A stretch of DNA of 64,000 bases from Tubulanus polymorphus (taxonomy: Eukaryota > Animalia > Nemertea), in NCBI RefSeq assembly GCF_964204645.1, contig NC_134031.1:12712088-12776087 (forward strand), given 5' to 3'. The translations under genes were made by a program, and so were the position numbers. Numbering within the stretch: the stretch's first letter is position 1; each line of letters begins with the position of its first letter. The notes under the pieces are model-generated. The model had not been told where the DNA came from. It saw nothing but the letters and a program-made list of their open reading frames with translations, and made no database searches. Below are positions 26,138 to 38,200 of this stretch, one piece after another.

Positions 26138-29100
26138 CTAGATATGGAGCAGCTTCAGCATCTTATGGTTCTGTTTCTTTCTGGGTTTATTGCTCATCAC
26201 ACGGTTGAAAAATTTTAATGCATAATGTATTCTCATTTGTATGTATTTCAACATTACAATCTCTAAGTATCTATGGCATGTAGGATTGATCCAAGAGAGA
26301 TCAGCCTTATTTTTGATGGCAGTACACAGTCCCTGGGAAACTTTGTTCATGTGAAGTATCCCTAGAAATTGAGATGTAAAAACATCTTCGCAAGTTGACA
26401 GAAATGTGATCATATTCTTGGTTGGCATAAGGAGGCCACCAAAGTCTCCTGGGATATGAGAGTATCCTTCGTTGTATGTCAATAGTTGATCACTATCAGT
26501 CAACTTGGCATCTTAACAGATAATTGCTGATTGACAGGAGTCACACTTGTAAGTGGCCAGTAGCTTTCTACACGTAGGCGTTTTTACGAGCATCCGATTT
26601 TTGCGATCGATCGTAGGAATGCATTTATGAGCACCGATTTTTGCGATCGATTTCACGATCGGCGTTTTTACGAACACGATTTTCCGATCGATTTTTGAAA
26701 TCGACCAACTCGCTCGGCGAGCGATTTGGCGATTTGATTTCCAAGATGGCGGCACCGGGTAGTTCAAAACCATACATTTTTTTCCTCAACGTCGCCATAT
26801 TTATGTCATGTGATTAGCCAAATCCATCGTCATTTTACGAACGTTCGATTCGATCGTACGATCGGAGCAAATCGTTCACGAAATCGATCGCAAAAATCGG
26901 ATGCTCGTAAAAACGCCTCATATATCCTGTTACATATACCGAGGCATTCTGTTGTGGTAATGATTGACAACTTGGGGCTAAATCTTTCAATTGACTGTCA
27001 AGCAAGGAATTGGCAGTTGGTGGCTTAAGCTTATCAGTACAATTGACTGATGGACCTGAGAGACTTCCAATATTTAGAACAAAAGTATCAACATCTGGTT
27101 GACAGTTAGCTCCTTTAGGAGAGCTCAGCATGGCATTGATAATAACTTGCTTGAAGGTATCTCGAAAGTGTTTAGCCCCTGGATTATCTCGGAATCCTCC
27201 ACGTTGCCTGATGACGCTAAATAGATTCTCAAGGCAATCCTGATTGAGACGTCTTGTCAACAAGCAATAGATGGGTTGACAATTTGGTGGATATTTTTGT
27301 AGGTCATCCCAAAGCCCAAACAAAGCAGAAATTGAAACCTGCCAGCCATTTAAGCAGGGAATAGGACATCTGGCACCAACTACTTTCAACTTTGAGAATA
27401 GATCTTTGAGAGAGGAAATCGAGTTGAGAGGAAATCGAAATGAAAGCTACCCTTTCTTATGGGTCTCTTAAAAAGCTTGCTATTCTTCATTTGGTTACTG
27501 TTGAACCAATCAAATAATTTGTCAACTTGGCTGAGGAATTGGGCTGTGTCTGTTGCCGCAGCTGGTATATCACCAGAGAAGATGTATGTGAGTAGAGCAG
27601 ATGAAACACTGTGACTGAAAACCTGAGCAGCTCTTTAACTTTCATTTTTGAAAATGTAGGCAAATCTATGTGCTGTTTGGTTAACTTTGGTGCCATTCTC
27701 AAACCAAGTGACTTCGAAGATTCTATCTCATACAACATTCTGATATACTTCCAAGAAACCATTTTGCCTCCACAATCAAAATCATATTTCTGTAGATTAT
27801 TTCTTAGACACTTGAGCAAATGAGGGGGGTCATACATCACATAGTACTTTTTGCTCTTGTGCTCGAAATATGGTTTCTCAGCTGAAATCCTCAATATGTT
27901 GTGAAACAGAGCCTGGTTGGGTGACCCCTGATCACTAATGACAACCTTTACATAGAAGCCTAAATCCGACAAGATATCTAGACATTCTATGAGTAGCCTA
28001 TGTAGGACCTGTGGTTTTGTAGCATCATGTGATATGACATATCCTATTGGCTGCTTCCAATTTGTAAATATGCCCCTGGCCATAAAAACAAGAGCTTCAT
28101 TTCCAGGATCCTTGGGTTGGCCAAGCTGCCCATGGTCTACACAACCGAAGATCTTGTCATATTTGGCCTCATATGTAAGGTTTGCTTTGAATGTCATCTC
28201 ATCAAGGCATACAATACAATACTTATCCAATTCAGAAAAATCTTGGATTTTATGTTTCAGCATTTCTACCACGTCTGGAGAAAATCCTGGGCTGACATCA
28301 ATTTTCTGCAATGGCATCTTTAGTGTTTTAACACTTGGGAGACATAGGATTTTACGTAAATAATTATATGCCTTTCTACTTTGATAATATATAGAAAGGC
28401 AAGTAATCTTAGCCTCATCATTCCAACATCTTCCAGTGTTTGTCTTACAAGCATTTTCAAGTAATGAGACAACAAGTGTCCTCCCAGGACCAGAAATCAT
28501 TTTTGAGATTTTCTCTATCAATGCTTTCATTGATACAGTCTTTTTAGCAATATCCAATGCCTTTCTAAGTCTCGTATTCGTGACCCTCTGTTTGTTGAGT
28601 CTCTTTTTGAGTGTCACTTTTCTTGGTGTGTCCTCTGTCTTTTGAGTTGATGACGTTTCTATAGGTGGATCACCTGTTGGTGACATGCTTGGTTGATCAA
28701 CTGAAAATATAATCAATCTTCTTATTATTGTTTTTTTTACAATCTAAACATGTTGTGACAACTGCTCCTACCTTTTAAGTCATTAAATATCTATACAATA
28801 GTCTACACTACAAAGTACATGCTAAGCTAAATCTACATAGCTACAGTTAGTCTTTTCCACCACCAATCTTTATACTAAATGCAGTGCATATATACCAACA
28901 AAAATACATATCTGTTTATCTATTTCTGATACCAAGCAATATATATGATGTTATCAATAGTGCAATATATCAGGAAAGTGTGCAGATTAACAAAATCATT
29001 AGATACCAGAGACAGAGTAAATTTAGATTACAAAACTTACTTAAACAAATCCCACACAATTTCTGAAAATAATTGTTACAATTACCAAAAAAAAAGAAAT

Positions 29101-29753
29101 TATTTCCACAAACAAAGTATTTCTGGACAGTACACTCACCTTTCCTTTTTTTATCTGGCTGAAGCCTAGTGGTTGGCAGTTTTCTTTTTATTGCAAGTTG
29201 CTTTGGAGGATTTGGAATGTCAAATATGTTTGGTACGGCATTTGGCATCAGTCTTTTATTCTTCTTCGAGGAACCTTTCTCTGCTGGACACATAAATTGA
29301 CCTGCTTCAAAATGATCATCACATAGGATGTACTGGCCAATTTTGGATCTGTCAAAATCCAATCTTCTCGTATTGATGATGCATTTTTCAAGTCAATGAG
29401 AAATAGAGATGTCATATAGCAGCATTAGGCCTATTTCAGATGATGTTTAATCAAAAACAGGCATAGGCTAGGATTGGTTATTCTAGCTGTGACATGATAT
29501 TAGCTAGGCATAGGAATTTATAACCCCAAGGCCTCTGGCAAATGAAAGGTTGGTCAACAAGATTTTAGAGAATATTGCAGACTCTCTCGGTCATAACACA
29601 GTCGCAATCAGTCCATTTTAATTGCATTATAAAGAATAATCATTAATCTTACCGGTCTGGATCCTTCACAGGGAACTTGTGGAAGGATTTCTCACTCTCC
29701 TTTGCGGAGTTGGAGCAGTTTATTGCCGAGCGATACCTTCCTCGAGATGACAT
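26138..29753 (-). pseudogene. THAP-domain P-element transposase (decayed)
   Basis: Exons 29753-29653 (MSSRGRYRSAINCSN..FHKFP), ~29390-29140 (LCDDHFE..NAVPNIF, THAP) and 28700-26138. Core motifs: CLDEM, ISDQG, YDPPHLLK, NQDCLENLFSVIRQRGG..DNP. Fused C-terminal domain: YVTGY..CDSC..GGLLMPT..MRIHY. Lesions: frameshift ~27630, MITE insertion, stop at 26513. Confidence 0.93.
26576..26918. mobile_element. MITE inserted into the P transposase C-terminal domain
   Basis: TIR AGGCGTTTTTACGAGCATCCGATTTTTGCGATCGA. Imperfect 3-bp TSD (CGT/CAT). Removing it restores VTGYM|CRKL. Confidence 0.88.
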
Positions 29754-32027
29754 GCGCCCATGTTATGTCAAGCAGTGTAGACGAATAGTAACTCTACATT
29801 ACCAACGCCAGATGGCGCGCCAGTAACGTCGATTACACGAATCGCGGGGCAGGGTACCATCTAGCTCGCTCGCTAATCTATGATGACACGGTTCTCTCAA
29901 CACTGATTTGTGCCTCAGTTGTGAATTTCGGGTGTTTAAAACATTTGTTGAGACATTCATTCACGTAATCTTTCGATCAAAATTAATATGATTGGAATTT
30001 TAAGCGATATGTTCTGACCGTGTTGCCCACCCATATGCAGCGTCTCAGAATGGTTCTTAGAGGAGGACAGGCCCATTGCGTAGTTTTTCAGAATGGTTCC
30101 ATACCACAGACAGGTTACTGGCAAATAGGGAGGCCCAAGCGCAGTCTCTCGGAATGGCTCTGGGGGCTGCGGATGCGTGCGTTGGTGTGGTAGATTTTAT
30201 AAAAGAGCGTTCAAATAGTACATACGGTTTTTGGGGAGGGGTAACAAATAATGTACCGGTAGTAACTTTGTACGGGGAAGGGGGTCAAAGAAAAATGTAG
30301 TACTTTTCTAACGCTCTCTTGCAAAATGTATTGTATATACGAGAGATATAAAAAAAATGATGTCAAACAGTGATACAAAATACAGAATCCTAATATCATC
30401 GTCGAGCAACTACGTTGGTATTTTTTCAATGAATGGCAGTCCCACAAGTTAAGCATGATATCATGCAATTCGTTGGTTGAATGGAGGGGCTTTTTAAATG
30501 AACGTACGGGTGGTATGGTCAATATAGTAAGTGCTCGAACAAGAAAGAGGGGCCTAAAAACTGCTGGGGCCGGGAATTTACGGTTAGTTATTTGAACAAA
30601 TGGTTTTGTCCCACAGACAGGTCAGACGGGGTAGGGGAGCATGTGTGGGGTTGGTTCCAAGAACTCTGAACATTTGAAGTATTTAGATTCATTTCCTGGC
30701 CGATTAAAATGAATGTATTTCATAAGCAAAATGCAGGATGCTGGATTTATGCGCCGAGGTGGTGTGCTCACGACCAATACACTCATGCGCTCAACGACAA
30801 AACCGTCCATTGGACGGGTATTTAGCTAGTACTTTAATATATCGTTTAGTGTAAAAAGTAGAAAATCTTTAAAAAAGTGTCAGTTACCCTTTAACAAACA
30901 ACTTTCCACACATGGTGTCTCATTTTTACTGAACGTATTTTGATATGTTTATAATGCATTTGTACTTTGTAAACTAGGCCACTTCACGCCTGCATGATAT
31001 TCTCTGTAATTAGTAACAGTGTACTATGCATAGTTTGTATCTTTTCATGTCATTTCTTGAAAGGTCTCGAAGAGATGAGTCGAAATCGATCGAAACATTT
31101 GAACTTGTAAATTAACTCATTATCATCATGAAGATTGTGATAGTTGCGTTTTTATTATTATCTAAAGATAGATCATTTCATTCAATTTTACCAGAGTTGT
31201 TTAATGGAGGAAAATATCATTGTTAAGTACACCAAGAACAACCATGGTGTATCATCAATCAGTTGACTGGCAGTTTATTGTAGGGCTTAACAGTTTATGG
31301 GAAAAAATGGGTTTTTGTATCCAAATCTTGATTGATAAAAATATCTTGGCTGGGACTTGATGGAAAACATCAGAATAAACTAGTTTCGTCTTTTTAACAG
31401 AATCGCATTAATGAGGTTTAACAGTACATATAGCGTAGGCTAAATCGTTCAGCAGAAGACATTCATTTTCAGCATGATTAAAAATCGTACTAGACAAATT
31501 GACCTTTAAGTGTGGTCCTCCCAATCTACATCGTCATAGAACATTTGCCGGCAGATGTAAAACATTATAATCACTTATCACAGTATAATCTACCAATGCT
31601 TCAAGGCCCATGGGCCTCTTGTTACTTTTGATAGTATGGCTTCTTGATGGCGAGGTCTACATCTAGTTCCGTTGAAAGGCCTACAGACCTCTTGTTTTAA
31701 AGTTAGCTAACAATCACTATCTATCATATAATGTGATACATGTAGTAAATCTTTCTTAAAAAAAACTGAAAGATTCCAAAGTTATAAAGTGCTCTGCTAC
31801 GCGTGGATGATTTTTTATGATGACTTTGTTTATACTTCTTTTAAATTTCTGCAATAAAGGAATTTTCATGGCAATAAATTTGCCTTAAATACTAGTGTTA
31901 ATATGGTTTTTTTTCAGAAAATAGTGCTTGAATTTTGTTGAAATAGGTCCTTGAAAGTACTTGAATTAAGTTGGGCCTGGAGGCTATGAACCCTGTTTGA
32001 ACATTGACGTGTTGTTTGTCTCTCTAG

Positions 32028-32141
32028 GTCATGCTGGTATGGAAGCTGCTTGTTGCAATCTTGTTGAGCCTGGCGATGTTATCTTGGTGGCTACAAATGG
32101 TATATGGGGAGAGAGATTTGCTGATATGGTTGATCGTTGTG
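32028..32141 (+). CDS. AGXT: Internal coding exon of alanine-glyoxylate aminotransferase / serine-pyruvate aminotransferase
   Basis: TCTCTAG|..|GTAAG, 114 bp, phase 1-1. Encodes (G)HAGMEAACCNLVEPGDVILVATNGIWGERFADMVDRC(G), matching my recollection of human AGXT [39 protein letters not shown]. Confidence 0.9.
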
Positions 32142-32274
32142 GTAAGGAAAGATATACTTGATTTTAACAGAAGAGAAATAGTTCTTATTGGTAGGGTTAT
32201 ATTGGGAGTTTTCAGCCAATTCACAGAAAACCTTCTTGTATAACGCTGGACTATTATCATTATTCATGTTCCAT

Positions 32275-33127
32275 TTTTAGGCCAGCCATGGGCTGAGCCT
32301 ATTACTATACAAATAGAGTGAATTTAAATGACATGGTTTCCAGAGCAAAGGCTCTTCGTCTGTGCAACTGAGCATATATTCATACAAATCATTCATTAAA
32401 GCATTATCCATTCTTCAATTTCTACGTAGCTGAATTTTGAAAGAGGGCCTCGTTAAAATTTATATGAGCTTTTTCGCGAATATCTGATTGCAAAAATATT
32501 GGTTTTGCAAAGCCAATCAGAAAGCAAAGACTCCTCTATGATTGGTTTGGCCGCAGAAATCAGCAGGTGTTCTCGTGAACCCGCGGTATCGTCTACCGTT
32601 TTACTTCCTGGTTTTATTTTTAGATCTAAAATTGTATTTCAAGATCGATTTCTGTGAAAGCTTTAGTTGATTTGGTTTTTGGGAGGAATATTTTTATTAG
32701 CACTACAGAAAATATCATTGACCATTGTACAAAGTCTGGAAAAATAGCTTTTTCTTAAATCGGATAGATGAACTTGATATGCTAATTAGCCATGTCCTCA
32801 AACTACAAATTCAATCAAATTTTATTCTGCAAAAAATATCAAATCCAATTCAATTTTTTTATTGAGCAAATTTCAGAAAATTCATTTCCGCATTAAAATC
32901 AATAAGACCAAGGGAAAAGATTTATCGGAGGTATTTGTTCTTGCCAGATCCAGTTGCTGTCTGTGCTACTTTTGTATTCTACGATTGTATTTTATTAATT
33001 ATTAGGTATTGACTCTCAGCTGGGAGTGTATTTTGACAAATTTAACCCACAGAATGCATCATCATTTGCTATTTTATGAAAAGCTTACAGGCTGGCTGGC
33101 CATAGTGCCCCTTTGGGGCTCTTGTTT
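32275..33127 (+). mobile_element. Full HINE family B copy
   Basis: TTTTTAGGCCAGCC..GGCTG 5' end. 3' end GGCTGGCC-ATAGT-GCCCCTTTGGGGC-TCTTGTTT. Confidence 0.8.
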
Positions 33128-34537
33128 CCTACAATCACCAGAAAATGTGTTCACTGTTAACTATAGAGAGATGTTCACTAAATGGAAGTTGAGAACTAGT
33201 GACAATTTTGATAAAACAGACAATGTTAATAAAACATTAAGCTTTTAATAAAACATTTAGACATCATTTATTTTTCGTGGGGCTTAAAACAATCAAAATC
33301 GGTATAATGAGTTCAGAAATTTGATAAACCTCCTTTTGATTTTTTAACATATTTTGAATAGGATATCAAGAACTACCATGCAAGTGGTTTATGGATAAAC
33401 TTAATAGTGATAAACTAAAAAAATTAGTTGTTTATCGTCCTTTTTTTCAAAAAACTTGGAAGGGCGGGAGGTTTTTATTTTTATTTTTGGGTCTATATAA
33501 TCGATTTTTGGGTCTATATAATGGATCGAAAACTCCAAATCCTGCACATGAATAGAGCTCAATCAGATAACCCAGAACCTATAGCTAAGATGTCATTTCG
33601 TAACATAGTACGTGGAACATAAGGCTTCAATTCTATGGGAACGGAATTTTTATTTAAGTCAATTATCATCGATTAAATCGGCAATTTTTGTTGAAAATGA
33701 ATTATTTTCGGGGAGCAGTTCGTGTTTGGGGGAGCTCGTGTAATTTCTAACACGCTCCACGAAGCTTGCTGCGGCGATCACGTGGGCTCTTCCAGCTAAT
33801 CACCGCTCTTCACCTCAGTTCTGTTCTGGCCTTTCGACCTTCCCTGACGTAATGGTGGGAGATCCGCGCTCTGATTGGCTCGTCAGGGAATACCGTCATT
33901 CGGAGAAGACACGCCATATTAACGTTGCCGTTCGGTCTTCCGTCGCGAACGATTTGGATAGAAGAATAGAATGGCCAAAAAGGCTACCCGCCGTACCAGT
34001 TCAGTTGACAGTTGTGGTTCGTCAATTCTCGTTTTCGTGACTTAGTAACCGTCAGACAAAGGTACGTAGGCTCCTATTCATTGGTCTTTTGATTGTCATG
34101 ACAATAAACTATTTGACTTCTTTATACTTGCTGTTGCCCGTTTTGCGTTCAAGATCGGTAGGCCTTAATTCATAGAATTTCATTAAGAACTCGTTATTCG
34201 CGGCACCGGCACTTTCTAGGCCTAACGATTATTATTTTGAACGTTAGCATAGAATTAGAATATGCCTAGGCCTAAGGTGCTGTACACTCAATTTCATGAA
34301 TATTCATCTGACAGGCCCAAAATCTTAAAATTTTGACAAAAAAAAGTAATTTTTTATTTGGCTTAAAGTTACTGAATTTTATTCCCCGGACCTCACTGAT
34401 CAATAATTTGCTAAAATAAACATTTTTGGGAGGGGGTAGGCCTACGGAAGTGCAATAGCGGCCCATAAGTCGTCCGATTTCAATTCGATCATCAATAGCC
34501 TAGGCTGAAAATTTATAGAACGTGATGAATTAAGGAA

Positions 34538-35007
34538 GGAAGTGGTTATTTTGCCGGATCCAGTCACCTGACCAGACTTCTGAAGGATATTTTGCAGGAT
34601 ATCGTCTCTAATTGGCTGATTTAATCCGCGCATGTGCAGAGCGGCGCGCGACTTAGAAAATTCAAAGTAAGTGTGGAGAACAGAGTTTGAGAAAATAGAG
34701 CGGATTGAGCTAGACTCGAACCCTGACCAGTAAATCAGGCCTACTAGTGTCTTCCCACCAGACCACCGAGCTCGCTGAATACCAACCAAATGTTTTAACT
34801 ACAAATAGCCTCACCTTACCCTAACCCTATTCCTAATCCTAGTTGTGAAACAGAACGCTCTGGACCCTCTTCTCACCCTCTTGACACGAACTCTATCAAA
34901 ACCCTAACCCTAAACCCAATAAAATGATTTTATTGTTATATAATATATGGATCCGGTAAAATATCTTTTATAAGTCGGTAACCGGATCCGGCTAAATAAC
35001 CACTTCC
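34538..35007. mobile_element. MITE (MuDR-like) carrying telomere-like repeats and a tRNA-like segment
   Basis: TIR GGAAGTGGTTATTT(T/A)GCCGGATCC. Degenerate 9-bp TSD ATTAAGGAA/ATTAAAAAA. Internal CCCTAACCCTA tracts and minus-strand box A/box B-like motifs. Confidence 0.65.
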
Positions 35008-35794
35008 ATTAAAAAAATAAAAATGATTATGAGGGCTATAACAACGTAATCAGGCACTAGGCCTATGCACTTTCGTACCCGCTCCCAATTTGTCTTAAAT
35101 TTCTGCATCTTCACATTCTGGGGATTCAAAAATCAGGAGGCCTACCTTTTGGCCAAAAAGTACATTTTCAGGCCTATGTCAATATTTTTGACGCCTTATA
35201 AAACGTTACCATTATGAAACCTAAACAATGTTAACCATTCAGCGTCATTTTACAAACGACAGCCGTAAATCGATGTGCAAAACGCAAAAGGTGTATGTGT
35301 ACACATATAAGCTATTTGGCAAAATATTATTGACATAGATGTAGAATGGCTTCCTGTCATTATATAATGACCTATATTTGAACGTCGAAATGTTATATTG
35401 CATTGACTATCATTAGAAGATGTATTGTAACAGTAAAGGATGTATGATTATATCAGAAGCGGCAGGCATAAATGGAAATGATAAGTAAATCGGATTATTC
35501 GGTTAAATGGCAGATGTATACACGATGTGGAAGTCTGATATAAAAGTCAGACCCTGACGGGATGCTGGTGGAATGACGAAGCTATCTACGATGTGTGTAG
35601 GGCCGGCGTGAATTTCATCAGCGGCTACAAGCGGTCAATATGAAAATGTCTAAACATATAATTCAAATATTCAAATTTTTTAGAAAATATGTTTGATATT
35701 AGGGGTATGCAGGTTTCGTGAGATTAGCAATTTATAATAGCATAGCTGTCATATACGGCTCCGCGTCCTCTGATGGCATGTGTATTAGGTGACA

Positions 35795-36200
35795 ATTCAA
35801 TTCAATTCTTTATTGATCCTTATTACATTGAAATTCCGGGATAAAATTCCCAAATTCAATAAATACAAATTTTAAAATAAGAAAATACAACATACATGAC
35901 ACACGGGTAATTCATACAGAATAACATAAACATGTTATTTTAAATGACAATGTCTACTTTAACCCAGGCCCAAGACTCTAGGATATCGAGTGACAGCCAA
36001 ACCCATGGCCCGGCCCGGGCCGGCTGCCTAGGCCACACGATATGCTCGAAGTCATGATGAAGCAGACATCAGAAGAGCTCTTTCTTCAACCATGGAGGCA
36101 ATGAAGTTGCAGACCAGCTTAGAGGCATAAGTAAATGAAGTCAGTCGCAAGTTCGGAATCAATTATTGAGAATTTTCAATCAAACAAATTAAACCACTAC
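35795..36200 (-). mobile_element. LINE 3' end fragment
   Basis: Minus-strand AATAAA plus (GAATT)n tail. Upstream remnant KLVCNFIASMVEERALL. Confidence 0.45.
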
Positions 36201-37579
36201 TACACTCGAAGACCTGTATCATCTACCCAATCGCCAAATCTCATAATTCCCCAAATTTCTTAAAACTTTGATTTCAATTTCGCAATTCCACATTAGCTTA
36301 TCCCAGAAATTCTACATTTTTTTTCGCAGGCGTCAAATAATTTTTTAAAATTAATTTTCTTGTTGTGATTTTACTCGTTAGTTGCGTCTAAATTTGCTGA
36401 TTCAAATTGACAAAACCGTAGGCCTATTATAGAAAATTTTCTCTCGAAAAAAAATTGGGGAGGGGGCTAGAAGTGCAATAATGCCCGTAATCGCATCTTG
36501 ACATGAATCTGTGTTCAAGACATAGGCCTATGCTATGATTCTAAAATTTCATACCAATAATTGTTTGAAATTAACTCAAGTCAGCGCTGTAGGCTTGGAT
36601 GACTGAAAATAGTCATGCTATTGAATGCACTATTAAATTTTATTCATAAAAACAATCCAATAGCAATTTAACAAAACTGAATCATTGTGATCATTGAATT
36701 GATTCAAGTTCGCCCTAGGTTATACGTTAACCGTGCTTGGATTAGTCAATCTGGTGTAGTAAATCAACTCTGGTGTAAGCTTAGTAGATCAAACATTGAC
36801 AGTTTATCAAATTGGTGGCGATAGTAAAGCTAAATACAACATGGCGCCCCTATGGCCACGGGCTTAGGCCTAAGTGTGTCGGAAAATCTTTTTACGCCCC
36901 CGACTCAACTTAGATTGAGAGCATATCTTAAAGTTCTGAATACAGTCACAGCAAGTGACATTAATGGCATAGTGGCCGCAACCGCCAACCGATTTTCAGC
37001 CCACTTGATACTTTAGTCCAAGCGGCCTATCAGTCCACACTTAATAGTGCCACGCATACATTTTTGAAATAGCACTTTACATAGTCAGTATTTGTTTGTA
37101 TTTTTTGACATTTTGTGGATGGATGGATTCTGACTTGTGAAATTGTGGTCAATAATACCACGTCGCTAATACATTTGTATATACACGTGTCAGCAGTCAG
37201 TCGCGTGTGTGCGAATATAGGTTACAGTACTATATGGCTGCTGTGTGTGTGAGTAATCACCTGCGCGAGTGTATATGTAGTACAGTAGACTTGGTGATGA
37301 TTCAATTCAGTTCAATTAATATTTATTGACGCCTTAAGATAGAAATACAAATGGGCAATACATTTAATTTTAAGGAGGACAAAATCATGTCTTGGTGATA
37401 GGAGCTTCACAGTGTATGGTGCTAAATTGTGGAATCTGTTACCACTCAAAATCAAACTTATAGACAATATCGATCAGTTCAAACCTTCCCTGAAGTCCTT
37501 TTTATTTGTGAGGGCATACGGAGAGACAGCGCAGTGAACATGGACCTCGTCCCTGGAATAGCGCTCTATATAAGAGACG

Positions 37580-38200
37580 ATTATTATTATTATTTATTAT
37601 TAATACATGTCAATAAATATACTATGTGTACTAGCAAGACGAGACAACTAACTAACAATAACAAATATAAGGAAAGAAAGAAACCGGCCCACAGGACGGC
37701 ATATAGTTTATAGTTAGCGAACAGGGTTTTCTGCTGGAGGGGGAGCTTTAGAAGCAACTCCTCCCTCCTAGCCATACATAAATTGATGTAATCAATAACT
37801 AACTTGGCGACTTCCTTACCCCCTCGCCATATGACATTAAAAAACGTGACTGTGCGCTGCTATCGAGGAGCTCAAAAGTTGAGAGGTCAGATAGGGTTAA
37901 GAAGAGGGCAGATCTAAGGTCGTTGAAAATAGGGCAGAAAACGATTAAGTGCTGCTCATCTTTGTAACATTCTTACAAAAGGGACAAAATCGAAGATGGG
38001 GGGAAATTGTTGGAGTTGCATGCCTACCTAGTTCAATGTTTAGGTTGTGGGAACTAATGCGGAGTTTGGTGACATTTGGTGAAGGATGATATTAGTGTAT
38101 ACACAGCAACTCTCATATCATACATCGGCAATTAAGACAAACTAATTGACAAATTGGGTGAATTAAATTCTCCTGATGAAGGGCCTCTGCTTATTCGGCG
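37580..38200 (-). mobile_element. L2/CR1-group LINE 3' end
   Basis: Minus-strand TKLRISSHNLNIELGRH..RFCPFC..DEQHLIVFCPIFNDLR, with an AATAAA(TAA)n tail at ~37580-37606. Another LINE tail lies at ~37300-37330. Confidence 0.75.

Larger units (their letters stand above)
25617..29882 (-). mobile_element. P-superfamily (THAP9-like) DNA transposon, nested in the Kolobok-type element
   Basis: Imperfect TIR with core CGAGCGAGCTAGATGGTAC at both ends. TSD ATGACAC(C/G) at 25609-25616 and 29883-29890. Confidence 0.85.
23932..30890. mobile_element. TTAA-target non-autonomous DNA transposon (Kolobok-type termini)
   Basis: TIR AGGGTAACTGACACTTTTTT / AAAAAAGTGTCAGTTACCCT. TTAA at 23928-23931 and 30891-30894. 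Removing it restores the Penelope ORF. Confidence 0.85.
22715..31120 (+). mobile_element. 5'-truncated Penelope-like element (RT C-terminus + GIY-YIG endonuclease), interrupted by two insertions
   Basis: FTSEIGPSTLPFLD..VFRKSTYT..LFHRAY..KNGYP; ANVIYQFKC..TYTGKTMRHLATSVK|EH..SAIKEHLTSC..KEALYMKSKRPCI|NKQLSTHGVSFLLNVF*. The reading frame is restored across both insertions. Pieces: 22715-23398, 23757-23931, 30895-~31120. Confidence 0.9.

Noticed and set aside
27611-28645. Plus-strand ORFs overlapping the P transposase (likewise 54375-57285)
   Set aside because: Antisense shadows of the transposase reading frame.
31050-31100. Hammerhead ribozyme in the Penelope 3' region
   Set aside because: A short stem and CGAAA are present, but the CUGANGA core is not intact. 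At best a degenerate relic.
34690-34780. Functional tRNA gene
   Set aside because: Only A/B-box-like motifs; no convincing cloverleaf.
34810-34920. True or interstitial telomere
   Set aside because: Only a few degenerate CCCTAA units, located inside a MITE.
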